Positions 27,404-36,160 of a DNA stretch of 64,000 bases are shown one piece after another; positions within the stretch are counted from its first letter, which is position 1, and each line of letters starts with the position of its first letter. Source of the stretch: an uncultured Myxococcales bacterium (GTDB taxonomy: Bacteria; Myxococcota; UBA727; JABDBI01); contig CAZBMJ010000001.1 of NCBI GenBank assembly GCA_964493205.1, positions 73,611-137,610 on the forward strand. The letters run 5' to 3'. Under the pieces are notes generated by a model. It worked only from the letters and a program-made list of their open reading frames with translations, was not told the origin of the DNA and ran no database searches. A program made the position numbers and the translations under genes.

Positions 27404-28777
27404 TTATAAGAAAGGTTTTGATAAAGGTGAAAAATAATTAAATAACCAGCTTTTATTATCTGAATTACTTAAAGAGTGAGTCTTAATCCAATCAGCGGCA
27501 GTAATATTATTACTAATAAGAGCATTTAATGGTTCCAAGTAGCACTCTTCTGGAGAATTTTTAGTTAATGCTATAAGCTCTTGCCACCAGTCCCATAAAC
27601 TTTTTTCTAAAAATTTAGTCCTGCAGCCATTTATAATAACTTCATTATGCATTTTTTCTACATCATTAAAACTAACTAAATTAAATTTATTTTCTAATTG
27701 TTTAAATATTTTATCGTTATAGAAAAAACACCAAATTAATGCCGATAGGGCGTTAACATAAATTACTGGTAGGCAATCTATACTTCTAAATTCAATAAAT
27801 GGCTTAAGCCTAACTTCTGTAAATATAGTTGACATATGATCAATAAAGTCTCTTGCTGAAGCTTTAAAACCTAAAAAGCCATTGTTAATAAAATCTCTAA
27901 AAGATTTACCAGACATGTCAATATATTGCTCATTACGCCTAATAAAATACATTGGGACATCAAGAACAAATTCTATCCAATGATCATAGGAAAAATTGGG
28001 GGAAAAAACGGCTTTTGGTATACCAGTTCTGTTTTTATCAGTATTTTGCCAGACATGGCCCCTAAAAACAGCTTGATTTACCAGCTTATTTTCATTAAAA
28101 GCACAAGAAGAAAATAGGGCTGAAAACATAGGGGAAAGTATTGCTGCTATGCGCATTTTTTTTGCCATGTCAGCTTCGTTTTCATAATCAATATTTATTT
28201 GTATGGCACAGGTTCTATACATCATGTCTAAGCCCATACTTCCTACTTTTGGCATATAGTTTTTCATAATACTATAGCGGCTTTTTTTTACACGAGCCAT
28301 TTCTTCTTTGCTAGCCCAAGGTTGAAAACCTAAGGATAAAAGTTTAATACCTAGTTCGTTGGCGCATTGATTAATAAACAAAATTAAATCGTTAAAAATC
28401 TTTATGCATTGAACTAGACTATCTTTTGGTTTAGCTGCTATTTCAAGCTGACCACCTGGTTCTAAAGCTATAATAGTTTCTTTATTCTCTAAAGCAACTA
28501 AATTGCCGTCATCATATATAGGTGATAGCTCATCTCCATATTCAAAAGATTTTTGCATGAGGTGTTTAAAAAGTGTAGCAATACTTAGGCTACCTTCAAA
28601 AGGTAGAGGGGATAAATCATTACTACACACTGCAAACAATTCATATTCAACGCCTATCATAAACTTATTTTTGGGTTTTTGAGCATTTTCAAAAATTCGT
28701 CTAAGGATTTTCGTGTCTGTTATTTCCATGTTCCATGGATCTAAATTTTCTGATGAATAATTGGTAGGTTGACTCAA
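27404..28777 (-). CDS. gshA: Glutamate-cysteine ligase (plant/proteobacterial type)
   Basis: 457 aa. Pattern FMIGVEYELF...ALEPGGQLEI is typical of this GCL family. Confidence 0.6.
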   Translation of the reverse strand: MSQPTNYSSENLDPWNMEITDTKILRRIFENAQKPKNKFMIGVEYELFAVCSNDLSPLPFEGSLSIATLFKHLMQKSFEYGDELSPIYDDGNLVALENKETIIALEPGGQLEIAAKPKDSLVQCIKIFNDLILFINQCANELGIKLLSLGFQPWASKEEMARVKKSRYSIMKNYMPKVGSMGLDMMYRTCAIQINIDYENEADMAKKMRIAAILSPMFSALFSSCAFNENKLVNQAVFRGHVWQNTDKNRTGIPKAVFSPNFSYDHWIEFVLDVPMYFIRRNEQYIDMSGKSFRDFINNGFLGFKASARDFIDHMSTIFTEVRLKPFIEFRSIDCLPVIYVNALSALIWCFFYNDKIFKQLENKFNLVSFNDVEKMHNEVIINGCRTKFLEKSLWDWWQELIALTKNSPEECYLEPLNALISNNITAADWIKTHSLSNSDNKSWLFNYFSPLSKPFL

Positions 28778-28787
28778 TGTTTTTCCT

Positions 28788-29585
28788 CTAAATACTTTCT
28801 TTGTAAAGAGCTATGGATTTAGCTTTTGTTTTTAATCTTGATAGTTCGTCTAATAAAGAAATTTTTGTCAGGTTTAGTGTTAGCGGAGTAACAGAAATCA
28901 TACCTTGAGCAATAGCTCTGCAGTCAGTACCTGGTAGATCTTGATAACCACTCCAAATGCCTCCAATCCAATAGTATGACATACCCCTCGGATCGATTCT
29001 TTCACTTACTTCTGTGGTGTATTCATGATGGCCTAGATGGGTGATTGCATAATTTTCATGGGTAACTCTTTTAGGAATGTTTACATTAAACAATGTTGAT
29101 TTAGGCCAAGGTTTTGCAAGTAAAGCCTGACAAAAATCAGCTATAAATTCTTTAGTCTTATCAAAATTAAAGCTATGTCGTGAAACTAGTGATACGGCTA
29201 CAGAAGTTATACCAAACATAGAAGCTTCCATGGCTGCTGATACGGTACCGGAATAAAACACATCGTACCCTAAATTAGCGCCATGATTTATTCCAGAGAC
29301 CACTAAATCAGGTTTTTCATCTTTTAGCACATGGTGAAGACCCATATAAACCGAATCAGTAGGGGTGCCATCTACACTGTATACTTCCACTTCACCAAGT
29401 GGTTCTTCTTTGTGAAGCCTTAGGGGCCTATTTAATGAAATTGCATGGCTTATAGCGCTTTGGTCACTAGAGGGCGCTACAATAATAACTTTAGCAAAAG
29501 ACGATAAAGCTTCTGCTAATGATTTAATACCTAAAGAAAAATAACCATCGTCGTTGGTTACTAAAATAAGTGGCTTTTTCGCCAT
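28788..29585 (-). CDS. surE: 5'/3'-nucleotidase SurE
   Basis: ILVTNDDGYFSLGIKSLAEAL and VVAPSSDQS SurE signatures. Confidence 0.85.
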   Translation of the reverse strand: MAKKPLILVTNDDGYFSLGIKSLAEALSSFAKVIIVAPSSDQSAISHAISLNRPLRLHKEEPLGEVEVYSVDGTPTDSVYMGLHHVLKDEKPDLVVSGINHGANLGYDVFYSGTVSAAMEASMFGITSVAVSLVSRHSFNFDKTKEFIADFCQALLAKPWPKSTLFNVNIPKRVTHENYAITHLGHHEYTTEVSERIDPRGMSYYWIGGIWSGYQDLPGTDCRAIAQGMISVTPLTLNLTKISLLDELSRLKTKAKSIALYKESI

Positions 29586-29589
29586 AATT

Positions 29590-29979
29590 TTACCTCATTA
29601 TAACATAGGGGTATTTGCTTAAATACTGGCTTGCCCTTGAATCTTCTGTTGTTTCAACGCTTTTCATAAACACGCTACGTTCAAAACCACCATTTTTAAG
29701 TTTTTTTTGTCTTTTTATTATATCTATTTCTTCATGGTCAATACATAATTTTTGAGCTAAGGCGTCAATAACTTCTCTAAGATCAGCTAATTCTTCAATT
29801 ATTTGTTGCCTGTCATCAGCATCAAGTACTTCTTTGGCTTCTTCACAGAGTTTTTCTTTTAGGGCCATTATAGAAGATTTTCGATCAAGAGTTTCTACAC
29901 AAGGAAAACCTCCTTGTTCTTTGATAATTTCAGGCATACGATCACGAACTAATTTTTCACACTTAAAAGAGTATTTCAT
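29590..29979 (-). CDS. MazG-like nucleotide pyrophosphohydrolase
   Basis: KLVRDRMPEII...EELADL MazG-type helical NTP-PPase pattern. Confidence 0.6.
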   Translation of the reverse strand: MKYSFKCEKLVRDRMPEIIKEQGGFPCVETLDRKSSIMALKEKLCEEAKEVLDADDRQQIIEELADLREVIDALAQKLCIDHEEIDIIKRQKKLKNGGFERSVFMKSVETTEDSRASQYLSKYPYVIMR

Positions 29980-30045
29980 ATCCAGTCCATCAAAATAGTA
30001 TTTAAGCTACTTTGTCTGGACTAGTATATTTTAGCAATACCATAC

Positions 30046-30360
30046 TCACTGAAATGTATGATTGCTTACCAACCAATCCGAACAACCGTTTATCATTAGA
30101 GAAGCACAATGTTCGCACACATTGGCTAAGTCGTGTTCTGCTAAGGTTGGTTCAAAACTTAACTTAAATGCCTTAGTGTAAAGGCTTAGGGCATCTTGTT
30201 GGTCAAAATTATCATACATTAATTTTTGGCAAACGGGTTCATTTGGACATTGTTTAGTAAATCCCTTGCATTTTTTCACCATTGTTTGATAGTAATTTAT
30301 GCCAAAACCTGTAAGGATAGAACATGTGAAAATAAATACTATGCCTATAATTTTTTTCAT
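30046..30360 (-). CDS. Small secreted cysteine-containing hypothetical protein
   Basis: Signal peptide. 8 Cys in 104 aa. Confidence 0.4.
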   Translation of the reverse strand: MKKIIGIVFIFTCSILTGFGINYYQTMVKKCKGFTKQCPNEPVCQKLMYDNFDQQDALSLYTKAFKLSFEPTLAEHDLANVCEHCASLMINGCSDWLVSNHTFQ

Positions 30361-30434
30361 AACCGCTCCTAAGGTGTTAGTAAGCCTAAATAAACATTTG
30401 GTAACGCAAGTTTATTCCAAAAAAATGATTATTT

Positions 30435-31229
30435 ATGAAAATTAACAATAAAATTAGTGATTTAGCTAAAAATTACCAATGGTTTGAGCAAATACTTTAT
30501 TTTGAAGAAGTTGATTCTAGCAATAATTTGGCCTCTAGTATGAGCCAATATTATCCCCAAGGTAGAATAGCTTTTGTCGCTGGAACACAAAAATCAGGAA
30601 AAGGACGATTAGCTAATACTTGGATCTCACCCAAGGGAAATATTTATTTATCTATTTTGCTTGGATCTCATAGCATTCCTCAGAATTTAAGTATTTTGAG
30701 TATGTTGCCAGCTGTTGCTATTATTGAAGCGTTAAAACCATTAGGAATAACATCTTATATAAAGTGGCCAAATGACATTGTTATAAAAGATAGTAATAAT
30801 AAGCAATTAGCATATTTTGGAGAATACCGAAAAATAGGTGGCATTTTAGCTGAAACTACTTTTGAAGTGTCTGGTATAAAATCAGCTGTAATTGGTATTG
30901 GTATCAATATAGCTTTTAATGAGCAAATAGCCCAAACTGTAGCACATGCAGGATTTTTAGAACAAATTGCTAAAGTTGATTATTTTGATGTGCTATCAAG
31001 TGTTTTGTTAGTAATAGATTCTTATTTATTTAACTTAGAGGACAAAGAAAAAGATATTTTTAACGCGTATGTCACACATTGCATAAGTTTGGGCAGAGAT
31101 GTTACTTTTGAACACATGGGCAAAAAAATAACTGGCAAAGCCATAGCCATAAAAACCAGTGGTGCTCTGATTATTAATAACAATGGCGAAGACTTTTTAG
31201 TGAATGCTAAAGAAGTTCATTTTGTTTAA
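30435..31229 (+). CDS. birA: Biotin--[acetyl-CoA-carboxylase] ligase (catalytic domain only)
   Basis: GRIAFVAGTQKSGKGRLANTWISPKGNIYLSILL biotin-protein-ligase signature. Confidence 0.8.
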   Translation: MKINNKISDLAKNYQWFEQILYFEEVDSSNNLASSMSQYYPQGRIAFVAGTQKSGKGRLANTWISPKGNIYLSILLGSHSIPQNLSILSMLPAVAIIEALKPLGITSYIKWPNDIVIKDSNNKQLAYFGEYRKIGGILAETTFEVSGIKSAVIGIGINIAFNEQIAQTVAHAGFLEQIAKVDYFDVLSSVLLVIDSYLFNLEDKEKDIFNAYVTHCISLGRDVTFEHMGKKITGKAIAIKTSGALIINNNGEDFLVNAKEVHFV

Positions 31230-31321
31230 TAACTATTAAATAATAAATATAAAAATTTCTTTTATATTAAAATCAGTTTAATTTCTTATTTTTTAGATAT
31301 TTTATTACCTGGCTTAACTTT

Positions 31322-32056
31322 TTGAGAGTTTGCTTTATGTGTAATATAAAATCTTTAATTATGTTCTTTTTAGCCTTATTGCTTATAGGTTCTTGCAGTT
31401 CTTCTGTTAAACGGGATAAACCTGACTTTTTTGCTTCCTATAATGCTTCAGAAACATCAGAAGAACAGCCGGCAGCAAGTGATGCTGAAGCGGTAGAAGA
31501 AAAAAAAGAAGAAATATCTGAAGAAAAGCCAGAAGAAGTCCAAAAGCAAGATGAAAAAGAGGAAAAAAAAATTTCAAATTCTCCATCTTTAGGAAGCGAT
31601 AGAAGAAGCCGTGATAATAGTCCTATTATAGAACCACCAGAAAATTCATTTTTACCAGATGAAGATGGCCCCGGATTACCACTACCTATTCCCTTTGATG
31701 ACGAATTGGCTCCAATAGATGTAATACCTAATTTTGGTTCAAGATTTGCAATTTGTGGCAACGGAAAGAGGGAGCCATCAGAACAATGTGATGATGGAGA
31801 TGACGATAATAATAATGGTTGTAATATTATATGCAAGCTACCTTCTTGTGGTAATGGTTTAACTGAAAAAGGTGAAACTTGCGATGATGGGGCTAACGAA
31901 TCAGGAGATGGATGCTCTGCTACGTGCCAGTTAGAATATTGTGGTAATGGAACTATAGATTCGAAAGGAGAGGATAAAGAACAGTGTGATGATGGTAATA
32001 GAAAAAATAATGATGGTTGTTCTATTATTTGCACATACGATACTATTATACCATGA
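31322..32056 (+). CDS. Lipoprotein with acidic linker and three tandem Myxococcus-type cysteine-rich repeats (CGNG...E-x-CDDGN...DGC...C)
   Basis: Lipobox LLIGSC. Three repeats of about 37 aa matching the Myxococcus cysteine-rich repeat pattern. Confidence 0.6.
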   Translation: MRVCFMCNIKSLIMFFLALLLIGSCSSSVKRDKPDFFASYNASETSEEQPAASDAEAVEEKKEEISEEKPEEVQKQDEKEEKKISNSPSLGSDRRSRDNSPIIEPPENSFLPDEDGPGLPLPIPFDDELAPIDVIPNFGSRFAICGNGKREPSEQCDDGDDDNNNGCNIICKLPSCGNGLTEKGETCDDGANESGDGCSATCQLEYCGNGTIDSKGEDKEQCDDGNRKNNDGCSIICTYDTIIP

Positions 32057-32278
32057 GGATAGTTGCGTGCTTGAAGTTCCTTAAAAATAAAATATACTAG
32101 AGTTATTTAACGTGAGTTTGCTGTTCAAATTGCGTTTTTAGCCCTTTTCTACGTGCCGTCGGCTTGTCCGCGGCATCTAGGTAATTAATCTTTACAATTG
32201 TAGAAATTAGTTTTCTGGATACCGTGAACTAGTCACGGTACGTAGGGAACCGCCGTTATTTAATATTGAGGTTTCTTC

Positions 32279-33232
32279 ATGTACACCAGAATGCCAGAAT
32301 GGCTTAGCAACAAAATTATCTATCTGGCTTGGCCTTATGCTGAAAATTTGTGGCAGCATAATTTGCTGCCAGCACAACAAGAATTTTTACAGCTTTTAAA
32401 AGCCCTAGAAAACCAAGAAAAAGTTATTTTAGTGCCAGATAGTTTGGTTAAATTTGAACTAGATTCTAAAACAAAGATACAAGTACTACCTTATGGCGAT
32501 ATTTGGTTACGAGACACGTTGCCTATTTTTGTAAATGCTCATCATAAAACTAAGGCTATTGTACCCAAGTTTAATGGCTGGGGTAATAAGTATTTATTTG
32601 AAGCTGACAAAACTTTGGCTTCTTCATTAGTGAACTTGTTAGGGATTGAATATCAAGAGTCTTTTTTAACTTTTGAAGGTGGGTCCCTGGAGTTTGATGG
32701 TGCAGGCACTTTGTTAACTACTAAGCAATGTTTGTTAAACTCTAATCGTAATCCAAGTATAAGCGTAAGTGTTATTGAAGATGAGCTTAAAAGGTTATTT
32801 GGTGTTACAAAAATCATTTGGTTTGATGAAGGTTTGCAAAATGACCATACAGATGGCCATGTAGATACTATTGCTAGATTTATTGCTCCTCACACTGTAG
32901 CAATAATGACAAGCAGCGATAAAGAAGATCCCAATGAACAAGTATTAACTGCTATAAAAAATACTTTATTAAAAAATGGCCTAAAAATTGTAGAATTACC
33001 TTCACCAGGAAAAATTTTAGATGATAATAGCGATATTATGCCTGCAAGTTATTTGAATTTTATTTTTAGTAATGATGAAATTATTATGCCAATCTATGGC
33101 AGTAAGTATGACGAATTAGCGACTAAAACCTTAGCTAAGGCAACTAATAAGAAAGTTATTGGTTTAATGGCAAAAGCTATATTAACTGGTGGTGGGGCTT
33201 TTCATTGTATGTCACAAGAATACTTCTTATAA
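32279..33232 (+). CDS. aguA: Agmatine deiminase / peptidyl-arginine deiminase-family protein
   Basis: Motifs GGSLEFDGAGTLLTT, DGHVDTIARF and C-terminal GGGAFHCMSQE (catalytic Cys). Confidence 0.8.
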   Translation: MYTRMPEWLSNKIIYLAWPYAENLWQHNLLPAQQEFLQLLKALENQEKVILVPDSLVKFELDSKTKIQVLPYGDIWLRDTLPIFVNAHHKTKAIVPKFNGWGNKYLFEADKTLASSLVNLLGIEYQESFLTFEGGSLEFDGAGTLLTTKQCLLNSNRNPSISVSVIEDELKRLFGVTKIIWFDEGLQNDHTDGHVDTIARFIAPHTVAIMTSSDKEDPNEQVLTAIKNTLLKNGLKIVELPSPGKILDDNSDIMPASYLNFIFSNDEIIMPIYGSKYDELATKTLAKATNKKVIGLMAKAILTGGGAFHCMSQEYFL

Positions 33233-33235
33233 AAA

Positions 33236-33312
<77 letters not shown>

Positions 33313-33351
33313 ATATTTTGTAAAGTGCGCAAAATATCTTTTATTGTCAAT

Positions 33352-33850
33352 GAGGATGTATATTATGATGAATAAAATATTACAACGTATAGAAACAATG
33401 CTCGTGTACCTACTTAATCCCGCAAGTGGAGAGTCCTTAGAAAGATTGCAATTAAAACAAATAATTATACATAGTTTAGATTTAAATAATAAGTCAGAAA
33501 TAAAAATAGCTAAGAATATTACCAATCAAGAGCTTATATTAAGTGATGACAATATTGATATAATCTATTTTTTACGTGGAAAAAGAAAATATTTTTTACC
33601 GAATATAGAAGATAAAATATTGGAAAATAAAAAGTCTATTTTAATAAATAAGCAAGAGTTTGATAATTCTTTATTTGTATCTAATCAAGTATTAATAGGG
33701 ATAGTTTTAGATGTAATGAGAAATCCTGTTTCTATTACGTTTGCTAAAAGTGCTTTATATGATATTGATTTAGATATTTTTTATGATGCTGATAACTTAA
33801 TAGTAAAACAGAATAATATAATTGTTTTGTCAGTTAAAGCGATAAGCTGA
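33352..33850 (+). CDS. Hypothetical protein (track ORF 33254..33850 trimmed so it does not overlap the tRNA)
   Basis: First Met after the tRNA. Its stop overlaps the next gene's start (TGATG). Its C-terminal 24 codons are duplicated as a fragment at 35003..35076. Confidence 0.4.
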
Positions 33851-34506
33851 TGGGCAAAATAACTAAATTATTCTTGCTTATAAGCGTAATTATAAGCTTT
33901 AGTGCTTGCGTTACAAAAGCATTTTTAAGTGCTGATAATATATTGTATTACAAAGGTAAGTTATCGGCTGAGGCTAATAATAATTTAATGAATCTCTATG
34001 AGAGAGCTTGTGTGAAACCTAGACTTCTTAGAATAAAATCTAGTGGAGGAGACGTTTTTTTAGGCTTAGATTTAGGTGATTGGGTATTTAAAAATAAATT
34101 AAATATTGAAGTTATAGACTATTGTCTTTCTTCTTGTGCTAATTATGTTTTTACTGCGGGAGAAGCTAAACTTTTAAATCCTAATTCTGCTCTTGTATGG
34201 CATGGAGGATCTTTACAAGCTGATCTGTTAAACGAGTCTAATAAGGAGTTTATATTAGGCTGGCGTGAACGAGAAAAACTATTTTTTAAAAAAATAGGAG
34301 TAGATCAAAAAATAACTATTTATGGTCAAGAATTACCTTATAAGCAAAATTGTTTTAATTGTATAGGGTTTGATTATAGTGTAGATGACATGAAAAAAAT
34401 GGGTTTAAAAAATATAATAGAACTCAAAACAGATTGGAATTGGCGACGTTATCGCAAAGGATTAAGAGCATTTAGAGTTAATTTAGATCTAGTTAGTTAT
34501 TATTAA
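33850..34506 (+). CDS. Periplasmic ClpP/crotonase-fold-like protein (COG3904-like), hypothetical
   Basis: Signal peptide. SSGGDVFLGLDLGDWV...CLSSCANYVFTAG resembles ClpP-class serine peptidase motifs. Weak call. Confidence 0.3.
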   Translation: MGKITKLFLLISVIISFSACVTKAFLSADNILYYKGKLSAEANNNLMNLYERACVKPRLLRIKSSGGDVFLGLDLGDWVFKNKLNIEVIDYCLSSCANYVFTAGEAKLLNPNSALVWHGGSLQADLLNESNKEFILGWREREKLFFKKIGVDQKITIYGQELPYKQNCFNCIGFDYSVDDMKKMGLKNIIELKTDWNWRRYRKGLRAFRVNLDLVSYY

Positions 34507-34526
34507 AGATAGCTAGAGAAAGCAAA

Positions 34527-34763
34527 TTAACGCTGAACAATTTTTTCAAAACAAAGCCAACCAAGCCCCGCGCCTCCACCAAGCTGCATAAAACTATAAA
34601 GCGCTCCTGCATAACCAGCAATTTTTCCAAAAGGAGCAAAAGCTCCTGCGAAGGAGTTGGGCCAAATCAAAGTGCCACCAAATAACGCTCCACAGCCTTG
34701 AATAAAGCGGCTTAAAATCAGTATTGATGGGTCAGATGAAATAGTTGATGTTAACGTCTTCAC
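34527..34763 (-). pseudogene. Probable fragment of a membrane transporter (78-aa glycine-rich TM segment, no proper start)
   Basis: Short ORF beginning with GTG or an internal Met. Sequence GALFGG...GAFAPFGKIAGYAGALY looks like the C-terminal helices of an efflux pump. Lies in a region with other gene fragments. Confidence 0.3.
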
Positions 34764-35002
34764 GAAAAAAATACTTAAAGCGAAATAGACAAGGAAGGAG
34801 TATATATATCAGAGGCTGTCCCCGTGAGACAAGCCACCAAAATCATAATAAAAAGAAGGCCTAGATGTTTGTATGGAGTATTCATAATAAGCTTTGCTTA
34901 AACCTTTAGCTGGTTTTTGTAAAGTTAGGTTTATTGAGGTATTTTTTATATGTTATTATGCTTAAATTTTGTCGCATTAATTGTTTTTATTAATTTAGCT
35001 GG

Positions 35003-35076
35003 TTGAATTAGATATTTTTTATGATATTAGTAATTTAATAATAAAACAGCAGAATAGTGTAATTTTATTTTGCTAA
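35003..35076 (+). pseudogene. Gene fragment: ~80% identical copy of the 3' end of the 33352..33850 gene (encodes ELDIFYDISNLIIKQQNSVILFC*)
   Basis: Nucleotide similarity to 33775..33840. The reading frame is retained but there is no upstream coding context. Confidence 0.5.
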
Positions 35077-35096
35077 TTACAATATGGAAATTAAAT

Positions 35097-36158
35097 ATGA
35101 CTAAATTTAAAAATATTTTTGCAGTATTATTTATGTTTTTACAAGCTTTATCTGTTTTTGCTGCAAAAAAAGAGTATGGGATTAAGGTAGCGGTGGCTCG
35201 TGTAGTGAATGATTCATTTACCGCCCCAGAAAATGAGCCTTCATACAAACAAACAGCTGTTTTTAAAAATCTTAACCAAAATCCCTCTTTGTATTCTTTG
35301 CAAACTACTGAATTTTTGCTTGGTGAAAAAGTACGAGGCAAAGTTGATGAAGCTACAGGTGAATGTTATGTTTCTTTTGAAAAATTGGGCGGAAAAATTC
35401 CTCTAAAATATTTAGAAGAAAAACTATTTTTTTCCCATCCTTACTGTAATTTAGTTACAATAATGCCACTGGTTACTTTAGAAATATTAAAAGAAAACGA
35501 GATGACTATATCAATGGGAACTAGCTTATATAGCCCTGATGAAAATGAAACATGGAAATATTATCACTACCCTGCAAATGCTGACGAGTTAAAAGGGCAG
35601 GAGGATGAAAATTATATTGTAATGCTTACCCCTGAAAGAATTGGATGTATTCCTAAAGATAATGTGTGTAAAATTGATGATTTAAGAAGGTTAACTATAC
35701 AACAAAAAAGAACTAACATTATAGAGCAAGCCAGAAAATTACTAGGACAACCTTATCAGTGGGGAGGAAGAGCTGCATTGGAAGGGCATGGTTATGATTG
35801 TGCGGCGTTAGTTCAAATAGCTTATTTGACAGGTGCTGGAATTGATCTTCCCAGAGCAGACTTTGAACAAGCAAATTATGGAAAAGAAATTAACCCTGAT
35901 GATTTAGCATCAGGTGATTTACTCTTTACTTTATGGCATAGGCCGATGAGGAATGAAGATATTATGATTATTCCTATTCATGTTATGATTTGGGTGGGCG
36001 GCGACATGCTTATTGAGGCATCGCCCATAAGCATGACGGTAAGAGAAGCATCAGTTGAAGACGTTTTTTATGGTCGCTCTTTGAATGAGATTAAAAATGG
36101 TCAGAAATTTTTTGCTAACGAAAAAATGCGTTCAGTACAGTTTCGCCGCTTTTTATAA
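35097..36158 (+). CDS. NlpC/P60 (C40) peptidase-domain secreted protein
   Basis: Signal peptide MTKFKNIFAVLFMFLQALSVFA. C-terminal GYDCAALVQIAYL...LPRADFEQ NlpC/P60 Cys motif. Start moved to the second Met. Confidence 0.65.
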   Translation: MTKFKNIFAVLFMFLQALSVFAAKKEYGIKVAVARVVNDSFTAPENEPSYKQTAVFKNLNQNPSLYSLQTTEFLLGEKVRGKVDEATGECYVSFEKLGGKIPLKYLEEKLFFSHPYCNLVTIMPLVTLEILKENEMTISMGTSLYSPDENETWKYYHYPANADELKGQEDENYIVMLTPERIGCIPKDNVCKIDDLRRLTIQQKRTNIIEQARKLLGQPYQWGGRAALEGHGYDCAALVQIAYLTGAGIDLPRADFEQANYGKEINPDDLASGDLLFTLWHRPMRNEDIMIIPIHVMIWVGGDMLIEASPISMTVREASVEDVFYGRSLNEIKNGQKFFANEKMRSVQFRRFL

Positions 36159-36160
36159 TA

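Noticed and set aside
31438-32034. 198-aa ORF on the minus strand
   Set aside because: It is antisense to the Cys-rich repeat lipoprotein gene. The Ser/Pro-rich translation is a by-product of the GAx/GGx-rich repeat codons on the opposite strand. The + strand gene has a lipobox and a recognisable repeat family.
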